The notes beneath the pieces are model-generated. The model made no database searches. It saw only the letters and a program-made list of their open reading frames with translations, and was not told the DNA's origin. This document shows positions 42,943 through 55,114 of a DNA stretch of 64,000 nt, piece by piece. How positions within the stretch are numbered: position 1 is the stretch's first letter; each line of letters opens with the position of its first letter. Source of the stretch: Octopus vulgaris (Eukaryota); the NCBI GenBank assembly GCA_951406725.2, contig OX597831.1, positions 37,820,001 to 37,884,000 of the forward strand, read 5' to 3'. The position numbers and the translations under genes were made by a program.

Positions 42943-43565
42943 AATTCAGTTAAGTTAGCCACACAATGGAAATTGACTTGTCATGTTTCAAACAGATGAA
43001 TATCATAAAAGAATTATCTTCACAATGTAGCATTCCGTTGCAGTTTAATTAATTGTCAGAGGGGATTTATAAATTTAGAGAGTAAGAAATCAAATTTAAC
43101 AATCGCTTTAGTTGTTTAGCACTGCTAGGAATTGGATAAACAAAGATTAGTTTTCAATCTTTACCAGATCAGATTGCAGAGAATAAATTTTAATTCTGTA
43201 TCGTAATAAATAACTAAATGTCGGAGGGAAGGGGCATTTCTTCTTATTCAATGATATCTTAACAACTTGAGCTCGTTGCTGAATTAAATCAAACGAAGTT
43301 TCCGTTATTTTCGAGAATAATTTGCCCCGCAATAGTAACATCGCAGGAGCAGGTGTTTAAATAATTTCATATCATTGTCGGTAATTATGGCATACATAAT
43401 TGCAAAGTGTTGTAGGGCGTCATTGGCCGTGGTATTATGTTCTATGCTCGGCTACAAGTGCAAAAGAACTCATAAGAAAAGAGTTCTAGTTGCAAAACGT
43501 TTGAAGAAACTGTAACTCACTATAATAACAAGAGAAATATCAGGAAAGGAAGAAATGATTGTCAC

Positions 43566-43652
43566 AACCTACGAACACACACACACACACATACATACAT
43601 ACATACATACACAACACCACACACACACACACACACACACACATACATACAT

Positions 43653-43693
<41 letters not shown>

Positions 43694-43748
43694 TATATAT
43701 ATATATATATATATATACATACATATATATATATATATACATACATAC

Positions 43749-43807
<59 letters not shown>

Positions 43808-44030
43808 GTGTATGTGTGTTTGTTTCTCTCAGTCTGTCTCTCCCCGCAACATTACTGACTGACTACCGATGTTGGCTTCTTTACATCATCGCAAATGTGC
43901 GGTTCGGCAACAGTGACCGATAGAATAAGTAGTAGGCTTACAAAGAATGGGACCTGGGTTCGATTTGTTCGACCAAAAGCGGTGCTCCAAAATGGCTGCA
44001 GTCAAGATGACTGAAACAAATAAAAGAATA
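43566..44030 (+). mobile_element. CA/TA microsatellite followed by the 3' half of a SINE family 1 copy (43830-44030)
   Basis: gcggttcggcaacagtgaccgatagaataagtagtaggcttacaaagaat…atgactgaaacaaataaaagaat. Confidence 0.85.
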
Positions 44031-44214
44031 TATATGAATGTATATATGTGCATATATATATATTTATAAGTATATTTCAAAACCGAATGGCTGATGTATT
44101 AACACCTAGTGGTTGATACCAGAATGTTGATTGAAATGCTACATATTGAATGAATCATACATCTGGGAATACTAGTGTAGTCAAAGTGAATTCCTATGGT
44201 ACTTGAAAATAGAT

Positions 44215-44800
44215 ATTCCTTTCTACTCTAGGCAAAAAGGCTCGACATTTTTGGGGAGGTGGCCCATCGATTAGATCGGCCCCAGTACGCAACTGTTTCT
44301 TAATTAATCGATTCCGAAACGTTGAAAGGCAAAGTCGACCTTGGTGGAATTTGAACTCAGAGCGTAAAAGACAGACGGAATACCCGTTTCTTTAATACCC
44401 ACAACGGGCTAAACACAGCGAGGAGAAACAAGGACAGACAAACGGATTAAGTCGATTACATCGAATCCAGTGCGTAACTTGTACTTATTCAATCGACCCC
44501 GAAATAATGAAAGGCAAAGTCGACCTCGGCGGAATTTGAAGTCAGAACGTTACGGCAGACGAAATACCTATTTCTTTATTACCCACAAGGGGCTAAACAT
44601 ACAGGGGACAAACAAGGACAGACATAGGTAATATGTCGATTACATCGACCCCAGTGCGTAACTGGTACTTAATTTATCGACCCCGAAAGGATGAAAGGCA
44701 AAGTCGACCTCGGCGGAATTTGAAGTCAGAACATAACGGCAGACGAAATACCGCTAAGCATTTCACTCGGCATTCTTAACATTTCTGCCAGTTCACTGCC
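44215..44800 (-). mobile_element. SINE family 2 trimer (head-A-A-B)
   Basis: Three ~180-bp bodies, one head at ~44750-44800, tail B at 44215-44270. Confidence 0.9.
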
Positions 44801-46482
44801 CTAAAATTGAAAATTGTCTGCGTTACCTGAAATGTGTGAGGCGATTCTGAAGACATCTGTAACTTAGTTTAAATTCTCGCAGAAGGGCGGGGCAGCAATC
44901 CTGGGGGCGAGGCTAGCTACACAACATCGACCCCACTACACCATTGATACTTATTTTATCTATTTCGAAAGGATGAACATCAAAGTCGAACACGGCAGAA
45001 TATCAACTCAGAACGTGAAAACGAACGAAATGGCGCGAAGCTGCGACATACTTTGTTTAGGGTCATTTTACAGATATTTTGAGTGAAAAAATATATTTCT
45101 TTACTACCCACAAGGAGCTAAATACAGAGGGGACAAACAAGGACAAACAAAGGGATTAAGTCGATTACATCGACCGCAGTGCGTAACTGGCACTTAATTT
45201 ATAGACCCCGAAAGGATGAAAAGCAACGTCGAACACGGCAGAATTTCAACTCAGAACGTGAAAACGAATGAAATGGCGCGTAGCAGCGCCATGTTTTGTT
45301 TAGGGTCATTTTACAGGTATTTTGAGTGAAAATATAGCGATTATGAAAGTGTTTTAGCGGTTTGAGTGTTAGGTCCTGGTTTCAATTCCCTGATCATATA
45401 TTTCTCATCAAAAACCACCATTTCATGTATGAATAACCCCGTGAGTCCTAAAACTCTTGATAGTAACAGCCAAGAGTTTGAAAAGATGAACAGAAATTCT
45501 GAAAGTGAAAGAAAGATGATGAGGGCCAGTTGACAGCCAGAGGATATTGTCGAATCGTTGAAAGTTCCAATCGTCATATTATGGCACAACGCAGATTTTG
45601 GATTTAAACTACCCACATGAGACCAATATATGGAAATGATATCTTTAGGAGTTTCTAAAAGTAACAGTTCCGAAACTGCTTTCCAATTCTCAAGGCGATG
45701 ATAAATAATCACATGATCAAGCTACCGCACTTAGGGGTTGAACCTGATACCGCCGAGTCACTATGCTAACAGGTTAACCAGAGATCTATACAGCACTTAA
45801 TAAAACACAGGTATAAACTGATCCTGTTCATGCATCTTGATTACATTAGTTATATAATTCCATTAAAGGTACGCACATATTTTCATTTCCTCTGCAATTG
45901 TTTACATTGGATGGAAAGCAGGAATATGAAAGCGACAAGAATATCTGTAATTCTATTTGTTCATGCATAAATCCATAAAATTAAGCAGAATTCAGATTCT
46001 TGTCATCAATATGTGTTTTTAAAGTAATGTCTCACAACCTCGACATTATGTCGTTCCTACTTCTTCTTTATCTGAGGAAATCATTAATTTCGTTAAATGC
46101 ATGTATACTAAAACATATTAAACGAGACACTAAGCTATCATAATCGCAGATAACATTTCTGCGATTCCATTAGTTAACCATTAGTATGTTTTGTGCTATA
46201 TTTTGTACATACGTGCGTGTGTGTGTGTGTGCGTGTGTGTGTGTGTGTGTGGTGGGCTGCGTGTATCTAGGAGTTGGCTGGTGTGAATATATGTGTTGCG
46301 ATCTGTTTTATTTTGTTTTTGTTTTTTTAATTTTTATTTATATGTTATTTTTTTTTTAGTTTTGATCTACGAAATATAGCGAAATATAATGAAATATATT
46401 GTTATTGTTGTGACAAAATTTACCATCAAATGCTGCTTGCTGAACAATGCAAGATAGAAAAAAACGCTTAAAAAATAGATTG

Positions 46483-46500
46483 AACAACAACAGCAACATC

Positions 46501-46574
<74 letters not shown>

Positions 46575-46605
46575 CAACAACGGCAACAACATCAGCAGAA
46601 ACAAC
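46483..46605. repeat. (AAT)n/(AAC)n microsatellite
   Basis: Directly visible. Confidence 0.97.
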
Positions 46606-46847
46606 AATTGAATTTGCATTTATATCGATAAGATAGATTATAACTGCTCGTTTCTTTCAGTAAAATGGTTTTCTTTTTCTGATTCAGCTATTCGTTTTAT
46701 AAACCACCATTTTCTTTTTGGCAAAAACAGAATAAAAAAGAATTTCAGATTATGTATGTATGCATGTACGTACGTATGTATCTATGTATGTATTAATTTA
46801 TGTATGCATGAAGGCAAATATATATATATATATATATATATGTAATA

Positions 46848-46904
<57 letters not shown>

Positions 46905-47189
46905 GACATATCTATATACATATATATAATATGCATGTATACACACACGTGTGTGTGTGTATAAGCATACAAACATGCATATATACATATAAAGCCACGA
47001 ACGTATTCATGTGCATACATTCCTTAAAAATGGTTTCGTGAATTTCACAACTGCTTAGACTTACGTGAATCTCCCATACGTGAACGCGATCACTTTTCAC
47101 TGATACTAAGAAACATACAGACAAGACGTGGTAAATAAATTTGCAGAAATATCCCTATCTAGTCCACAAATAATAACAAGAATGGTAAA

Positions 47190-47243
47190 CCAGCAGCTAG
47201 TATCACCAATTCCACTACTACTGCTACTACTACTACTACTACA

Positions 47244-47304
<61 letters not shown>

Positions 47305-47670
47305 TCAATACTGCAACCGCTGTACCTTTAACATCACCGCCACCACTACCACCACCACCACCACCACCACCACCACCACCACTATTACTACTACTACTAC
47401 AACACCTACCAAAACTACTACAACCAAGACTACTACAATTTCCATCACTACAACGACTGCCAACAACAGCTAGTATCACCAATTCTACAACCAGTACCAC
47501 TAACATCGCCGCCACAACCACCATTACTACTACTACCAAGACCATTAAAATACCATTACTACTCCAACTGACAGCACCCCCACTGCTATTGCTACTAATA
47601 TCAGCAGCACCACTTATAATATTACTACTGCTACAACTACCCCTACGACTACCAACACCACAACTCCTAT
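47190..47670. repeat. (ACT)n/(ACC)n low-complexity tract
   Basis: Directly visible; the internal word cagctagtatcaccaatt occurs twice (47194, 47467). Confidence 0.9.
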
Positions 47671-47749
47671 TCGAAAACATCTGGCAGAAACAGAAGCAAA
47701 TATATGTAGTATAACACCCCCCCCGCCCAAACAGCAGAAAAATTGGGTA

Positions 47750-47850
47750 TTAGACGGCAGAAACAAGTTGTCAACAGACGGCTACGGGATTCGAACCTGT
47801 GGCATCCAGATGTCGACTGAGTACCCCTACAATTAAGCTAAACGGGGCGC
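47750..47850 (-). mobile_element. tRNA-like SINE head or tRNA pseudogene
   Basis: Minus strand: gccccgtttagcttaattgtaggggtactcagtcgacatctggatgccacaggttcgaatcccgtagcc. A- and B-box-like motifs, but the cloverleaf is broken. Related fragments at 48910-48985. Confidence 0.6.
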
Positions 47851-47888
47851 TGATAATGAATCACCGCCAAATTAAACGCTAAATATTT

Positions 47889-48748
47889 ATTTCAATATTG
47901 CCCACAGGGGCCCAAACATAGAGGGGACAAACATGGACAGACAAACGGATTAAGTCGATTAGAACGACCCCAGTTTGCAACTGGTACTTATTTAATCGAC
48001 CCCGAAAGGATGAAAGGCAAAGTCGACCTCGGCAGAATTTGAACTCAGAACGTAACGGCAGACGAAATACCTATTTCTTTATTACCCACAAGGGGCTAAA
48101 CACAGAGGGGACAAACAAGGACAGACATAGGTATTAAGTCGATTACATCGACCCCAGTGCGTAACTGGTACTTAATTTATCGACCCTGAAAGGATGAAAG
48201 GCAAAGTCGACCTCGGCAGAATTTGAACTCAGAACATAACGGCAGACGAAATACCACTAAGAATTTCGCCCGGCATGCTAACATTTCTTATTTCTTTATT
48301 GCCCACAAGGGGCTAAACATAGGGGGAACAAACAAGGACAGAAAAACGGATTAAGTCGATTAGAACGACCCCAGTTTGTAACTGGTACTTATTTAATCGA
48401 CCCCGAAGTGATGAAAGGCAAAGTCGACCTCGGCAGAATTGGAACTCAGAACGTAACGGCAGACGAAATACCGCGAAGCATTTCGCCTGCTGTGCTAGCG
48501 ATTCTGCTAACTCGCCGCCCTTTAAACGCAAAATATTCTTTTCTACTCTAGGTATAAGGCCCGAAATTTTGGAGGAGGGTGCAGTCGATTAGATGAACCC
48601 CAGTACGCAACTGGTATTTAATTTATCGACCCCGAAAGGATGTAAGGCATAGTCGGCCTCGGCGAAATTTGAACTGAGACCACAACGGCAGACGAAATAC
48701 TGCTAATCTTTTCGCCTGGTGTGCTAACGATTCTGCCAGCTCGCCCCC
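47889..48748 (-). mobile_element. Cluster of SINE family 2 insertions (four bodies) at one target site
   Basis: The target word ttaaac(g/a)..aaatatt recurs at 47872, 48522 and 48751. Confidence 0.9.
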
Positions 48749-49053
48749 ATTTAAACATCAAATATTTATAGCTTTTGGAATGCAACACCATTTTGTAAGC
48801 AAACTATAGAAGCGTCGAATGCGTTTCGTATTTTACAATTAAGAAAGTAAATTTCAAACGCAATATAGTCGTGAAAAAGACTGAAAGGTAGGGTATCCTT
48901 CCGTCTTCTAAGACGGAAAAAACTTGTCAGAAGCTCCAATCCTCCCGTAGGCGTCTGCTGACAACTTTTTGCGTCTTATAAGGGTAAAATATCGAATATG
49001 TTTTTACTGTGTTCACGGCCTTACTATGTTCGAAATTTAATTTCTTAGATGTA

Positions 49054-49109
<56 letters not shown>

Positions 49110-49114
<5 letters not shown>

Positions 49115-49290
49115 TCCCACAACGCTGTTTGACAACGGTATTGACAACCGGTGAGTTTAAGTTCCGCAGAGAACAAGTACTAGGTTTAAAAAATATGGCA
49201 TGGGGTCGATTTCTTTGACTAATACCCTTGAAGGTGGTGCTCCAGCTTGGACGCAGTCAAATAACAGAAAGAATTAAGAGATAAAAGACA
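49110..49290 (+). mobile_element. SINE family 1 3' half after a (TG)n tract
   Basis: ggggtcgatttctttgact…ggtgctccagc…gcagtcaaat…aaaaga. Confidence 0.75.
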
Positions 49291-49761
49291 AAGATATATG
49301 TATGTATGTATGTATGTATGTATATATATATAACAAAAGAGAATCGTTGTTGGTTTGTAGCATTGCAGTACAGAAATAAGAAAGGAATGAAATTAGAAGC
49401 AAGAAAGCTTCTAACAATGGAGAAAGTTTTAAAATAACTTTACATTTCAGGCGTAAAGGTCAGTCGTCAGAAGAATCTAGTCTCATACATGTGTAATGAC
49501 ATAGATCCTGCTAGTTTTGAAAACCCGGGGTTGATATAGCAGCTGTCGTCGCCATTTTAATTTGACTAGTATTGTGCAGTTGATGTCATAAAATGGAGGC
49601 TTGGGATATTGCTACTGTCGTTCGTGAAGAGTTGCTGTAGGTTGGCGGCTATGGTGTCGCGGTAACATTGGGCGATATTGCTGGTGGTGCATGCATCTAT
49701 CTGAGGCTTTTCACACAGAGAATCAAATATCTGAGATATTTTACCTGTAAGATACTACATA

Positions 49762-49913
49762 GGAGTGGCTGTGTGGTAAGTAGCTTGATTACCAACCACA
49801 TGGTTCCGGTTTAGGTCCCAAAGTGGGGCACCTTGGGCAAGTGTCTTTTACTATAACCTCGGGCCGACCAAATCCTTGTGAGTGGATTTGGTAGACGGAA
49901 ACTGAAAGAAGCG

Positions 49914-49971
<58 letters not shown>

Positions 49972-50176
49972 GTGTCTGTATTTGTAACCCCAACATCACT
50001 TGACAACAGGATGCTGGTGTGTTTACGTCCCCGTCACTTACCGGTTCGGCAAGATAGAATATATAATTGGCTTACAAAGAATAAGTCCTGCGGTCAATTT
50101 GCTCGACTAAAGGCGGTGCCCCAGCATGGTCACAACCAAATGACTGAAACAATGAAACAATAAAAGAATAAAAGAG
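49762..50176 (+). mobile_element. SINE family 1, full-length
   Basis: Head ggagtggctgtgtggtaagtagcttg…ggttcc, CORE-like ccttgggcaagtgtc, internal (TA)n, tail ccagcatggtcacaaccaaatgactgaaaca with (taaaaga)n end. Confidence 0.9.
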
Positions 50177-50232
50177 TATTGTAACCGCAAGAAAACCAAA
50201 TCAAATCTCTCCCGCACATGTCGAAGGACATT

Positions 50233-50453
50233 TATAACGGTGTGCTGAAATGATCCTAGCTTTAAGGGCATCCTGAAAGATCTGGTTGGAACCCCAAACT
50301 TCCGAGTTGTATTACAGGGCTTACACAAACTGAAGGACCGCTCCAATAAGTGTGTGAATCTGAGAGGTGAATATTTGGAATAAAATCATAGTTAACTGAT
50401 GCTGTTGTATTTTCATTTACTCATAGGCATGAACTCCTCAGCATTTCCTCGTA
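50233..50453. mobile_element. Mariner-derived MITE (opposite orientation to 22096)
   Basis: Contains a mariner C-terminus relic (K*CVNLRGEYLE*, i.e. aagtgtgtgaatctgagaggtgaatatttggaataa) and a TIR ending cctcgta. Confidence 0.75.
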
Positions 50454-50485
50454 ATCGAGCTAAGCCTGAGAGTGTTGTTAAAATA

Positions 50486-50628
50486 TAGCGGTTCGGCAAA
50501 AGAGACTGATAGAATAAGTACTGGACTTACAAAGAATAAGTCCTGGGGTCGATTTGCTCGACTAAAGGCGGTGCTTCAGCATGGCCGCAGTCAAATGACA
50601 GAAACAAATAAAAGAGTAAAAGAGTAAT
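50486..50628 (+). mobile_element. SINE family 1 3' fragment, young
   Basis: Close match to the reverse complement of 62355-62490. Confidence 0.88.
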
Positions 50629-50751
50629 AAAACGACAAGATGATAATGGATAACATATGTAATAAAGTAATAGAGATCGCTCGACATCACTGTGTTGGGC
50701 CCAAGGACTCATATAACTGGTTTCCGGGTTGAATGGCGAATACGCAATTCA

Positions 50752-51169
50752 GGGATATTTTCGGTTTGGCCGTCAGCTTTTTTTTAAATAATTTCCACCT
50801 AACTAAACACTGTTAACCTTCGTATACTGGTAGAATGTGTTTATAAAACATCTTTTTCTCTTGGCTTTATTGAGAAAATTCTATAGTTTGTAAGATATTA
50901 GTTGTTTTTTCTTCAATTTCTGCAATTTCAACCAATCAATGATGTCCATTGAGGTGAAAACATTCTGTGCCGTATGAATATGTCCCTCGTTTAAGAAACA
51001 GATTGGGTTTATTTACATTCCAGAAGAAAAAAGATACCCTCCCCCCCAACTCTAACCCTAACCCTAAAACAGATTGAAATGCAATAGATCGATACATAGG
51101 GTCATACTTATGGGTGACAATTTCATATGACACCGCTAGAAAAACTGCCATTGAAACCGAAAAGATCCC
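50752..51169. mobile_element. Non-autonomous TIR DNA transposon with a 6-bp TSD
   Basis: TIRs gggatattttcggttt… / …aaaccgaaaagatccc; TSD aattca at 50746-50751 and 51170-51175; internal ctaaccctaaccctaa. Confidence 0.88.
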
Positions 51170-51362
51170 AATTCAGGTTAAAACACTCTCTCTGAACAAG
51201 AGACCAATCCGTCGCAGGGTTCCATTCGGAGTTAAGTGCACTGGAGCAACGTGAAATGATGTGTTTTGCTTATGCACCCAACTAAACAACTAGTTCAGAA
51301 ATAGAAGCGATTTGCAATCTTAAGTGCAACACAGCAACCATCAGGCTACGAGCCTTCACATA

Positions 51363-51645
51363 TACGAGGGAGTGCTGAAAATTCCCTGGCTTTAGGTAAA
51401 TTAAAATACATGAGGATAACTTAATTCTGATTTTATTCAACATATTCCTTTCTCAGATTCCTACGTTTATTGCAGCGGTCCTTAATTCTGATTTTATTCA
51501 ACATATTCCCTTCTCAAACTCACACACTTATTGCATCGGTACTTCAGTTAAAGAAATTCGGAAGTTTGTAAAAGAACTCGGAGGTTTGGGCCTCGAACCA
51601 GGCCTTTGACGATACCATTAAAGCGGGGAATCTTTCAATACCAAC
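51363..51645. mobile_element. Mariner-derived MITE with an internal 61-bp tandem duplication
   Basis: Starts tacgagggagtgctgaaaattccctggc; 51420-51480 is repeated at 51481-51541. Confidence 0.8.
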
Positions 51646-52177
51646 CCAACAATATCCCGCCACCACCACGCCTACCATCACCAATACCCTCTTACGTTTT
51701 AAGAACAAAATGAAGTAATATAAATAAAGGATGAAACATTGAAATAAACTACTATATTCAATCGGATTTGAAACAGAAACCTTACGAAATGGTGTAAAAT
51801 ATTGTATGGCATACTGCTCACTGATACTGTTATAATATTTCTATCTAATATGCTTCCCTATATTTTCCCCTTCTAAGTGTTCGTGCTATCCTAATGACAA
51901 CGAAGAATGAAAGGAATATTGGTAAGAAATTCTTATCATACTTGTAAATTTAATTTTGAGAAGCAAATTTTCAAAATTGAAAGAAATCTATGTAAAGTAG
52001 AAAATACATATAATGGAAATATTTCCTAATAACTTGAAGAATCTTAACATGTGTTGAATTTTCAATAGAGAATCTTAAGAAGATTTGTATATGTGTGTGT
52101 GTGTGCGTTTGTATGTGTATGTGTGTATATGTATGTATATACAAATATATATCTCTATCTATCTATCTATCTATCTA

Positions 52178-52233
<56 letters not shown>

Positions 52234-53366
52234 TGTTTGTGTGCATATGTGTATGTATACATGCATATATAGTGAGAGATATGGAGTGAGAGCTTGTCAT
52301 ATATTTGTAATAAATGAATAAGTCAATCAAAGGGATTTCTAAAATTAAAGATATATATAATATAAAATCTTCAAATTCCTTGTACAAAGATTTTAAAGTA
52401 TATCGTTGGTTATTTATATTTCTTTCCATTCTTTTTCCATTAACTTTATTTTTGCTATTTTCTACATATTTCGTTGGTTTTGGGTTCTATTTGAGGTATA
52501 TTTCTTTATTTCCTTTTCCTTGCTTTTTATTTTTGTTCATTTTCTCTTCTCTCTTTCCATATACGAACAAGTTGATATAAATTAATTAAAATTTTATAGA
52601 TTTTAAAATAGCTATAAATGCTGAAATAAAAATCCCTGACGGAAAATTTAATAATTTGTATGCAAGAGGCCTTTTGTTTCTTCCTAATAATATTGCAAGT
52701 AAAAGAAAGAGAGATAGAGAAAAAACAAATTCGGTAACATTCGCTCGATATAAATTTGTCTTGGTTTTGAGAATTTCTTAATAAATGCAACACTATTCCT
52801 AGCATTTAATTTCTATTTATTTTAGGCTTTATTTTGTATTTCTGTTTTACAATCCTGTCAAATTTGACAAAATATATCTAATAAAATCATTGATAACATT
52901 CAGAATCGGAATTTCATTTTGAATAAAAATGTTACTTTGAAAAGTTTTAAATTATTATTATATTAACATTTATTGTAGGTTAACTTAGGTTAGAACGAAG
53001 AATAGATGTTCACATTTTCAAACACTGCATATATTTTCTAACACAAAGCGTACTTACGTGAGGAAGTATAAACAATATGAAAATCTTGCTAGTGGGTAAT
53101 CTATATTTTGTGTTCTTATTGAAAGTACAACAGCCTCGATACTACATAAATATAAGTACAAGCATATTTGTTACATTGTTCGTGGAACCTTGAAATCGTT
53201 TTGAATTCCAGCTCACGTTCAGTTCCTGATACACTTCTAATGACATGTTCATCATATACATAGTGTGTTCCTGTAGCGTTAGTATTTACATTTACTAAAA
53301 ACAATAACTATGTATGGAATTAATATGAAAACAATTGTTTATATATCCATTGATAGATAGATAGAG

Positions 53367-53429
<63 letters not shown>

Positions 53430-53439
53430 TAGATAGGTT

Positions 53440-53631
53440 ATTTTATACTCTAGGCACAAGGCCCCAAATTTTGGGGGAGGAGTCAGTCGATTAGATCGAC
53501 CCTAGCATGCAATTGGTACTTAATTTATCGATCCCGAAAGGATGAAAGTCAAAGTCGACATCAGCGGAATTTAAACTCAGAACAAAAAGGACAGATGAAA
53601 TACAGCTAAGCATGTTGCCCAGCTCACCACC
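53440..53631 (-). mobile_element. SINE family 2 monomer, tail B, between (AGAT)n tracts
   Basis: ctctaggcacaaggccccaaattttggggg…cgaaaggatgaaagtcaaagtcgac. Confidence 0.85.
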
Positions 53632-53729
53632 AGGCAGGTGTGTATATAGATAGCTAGATGGATAGATATGTAGGCAAATATGAATAGATAGACAGACAGT
53701 TATATATATATATATATATATATATATAG

Positions 53730-53892
<163 letters not shown>

Positions 53893-54134
53893 TATTAGGG
53901 TAGGATGTTATATGTTTCCCACCGTAAGAATCGAAACCACAAAAAATGTGTGCATCTGAAGATTGAGATACATTGTTATGCAAAGACATTAAGATCGATA
54001 TGTTGCTGCTGGTTAAAAGCGGATCTCCAGTACACACTACACATTTACATGTACAGTAATCCCTCCTCTATCGTGGGTGTTACGTTCCAAAAAACCCCTT
54101 CGATAGGTGAAACTCCGAGAACTAGAAGCAGCAC

Positions 54135-54361
54135 GCTGGCAGAAACGTTAGCACGCCGGGCGAAATGCGTAGCCGTATTTCGCCTGCCGTTACTTTCTGA
54201 GTTCAAATTCCGCCGAGGTCGACTTTGCCTTTCATCCTTTCGGGGTCGATAAAATAAGTACCAGTTACGCACTGGGGTCGATGTAATCGACTTAATCCGT
54301 TTGTCTGTCCTTGTTTGTGCCCTCTGTGTTTAGCCCCTTGTGGGTAGTAAAGAAATAGGTA
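54135..54361 (+). mobile_element. SINE family 2 monomer, tail A, young
   Basis: Near-consensus; ends aaagaaataggta. Confidence 0.92.
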
Positions 54362-54772
54362 TAATTTTATTTTTTTATAATTTGTATATATTTATTTTAT
54401 TATAAATGCAAAACAACACCACGGAGGAATCGACGTCAGCTTCAATAATATACCGCGATATGGCGAGGAATTATTGTACTCATGCACTAGTATACAATGT
54501 ATGCCTAATGTTACCATAGCGTCCGGTCTAACCGACAATTGTATGCTTTCAATCCAAATATTCACTGATATTGGAAGTTTCTTGTTCAAAAATTTTTATC
54601 GTTATTGTCAAAAAATTATTTTAATTACAAGCAAGTTATTGTGAAACATACGTCTAGAAAAATCAGGTACGTTTTCACACTTATACTTCTATATTTATAT
54701 CCACTGTGTATGAAGAAGAAGAAAATGAAAGACAAGATGGCAAGAATAGAGGAATAACATTATAGGTTTTGT

Positions 54773-55114
54773 TGTGTCTGGGGAGAGTCATTTTCTTTTT
54801 GTGCCTTACAAATTATATAATTTTATATAATTTAACACAATCACCGTTAAAATTTCCACTGATTCTTTATTTTTATTTTCCTAAAATATTCGTTGCATCT
54901 TGCAAACTTTGCAATAGTCGTAACTATTGAAAAGTTTGCAAGACACAACGAAAATTTTAAGAAAATAAAAATAGGGAATAAGTGGAAATTTTACCGGTGC
55001 GTGTGTTAAATTATAAGGCACAAAATGAAAATGACTCTCCCCAGACACAACAGAATATGCTTCAACACACGAACTCACATAAAGAATCTTGCAAACCAAA
55101 TCCCAAAACGAAAT
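54773..55114 (+). mobile_element. Fold-back (palindromic) retroposed element, copy 2
   Basis: Arms ~54771-54918 / ~54923-55051 and the same unique tail as copy 1. Perfect 14-bp TSD attataggttttgt (54759-54772, 55115-55128). Confidence 0.9.

Noticed and set aside
44215-44800. Retrozyme interpretation of the 180-bp SINE multimers
   Set aside because: No CTGANGA…GAAA core on either strand of the unit.
45341-45712. 123-aa non-repetitive ORF
   Set aside because: Non-ATG start, no recognisable motif and no convincing splice boundaries.
47159-47680. 173-aa poly-V/G/S ORF and a possible mucin-like Thr-rich frame
   Set aside because: Trinucleotide low-complexity sequence with no clear splice sites or domain.
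47778-47850. Functional tRNA gene
   Set aside because: The acceptor stem and anticodon loop do not fold canonically, and it continues into repeat sequence found again at 48910-48985.
51052-51067. Interstitial telomere / chromosome fusion scar
   Set aside because: Only ~2.5 units, internal to a TIR element.
53060-53270. Minus-strand exon with TACTAAC and a gtaagt donor
   Set aside because: The branch motif is only a few nt from the AG, there is no polypyrimidine tract and no frame is open across it.
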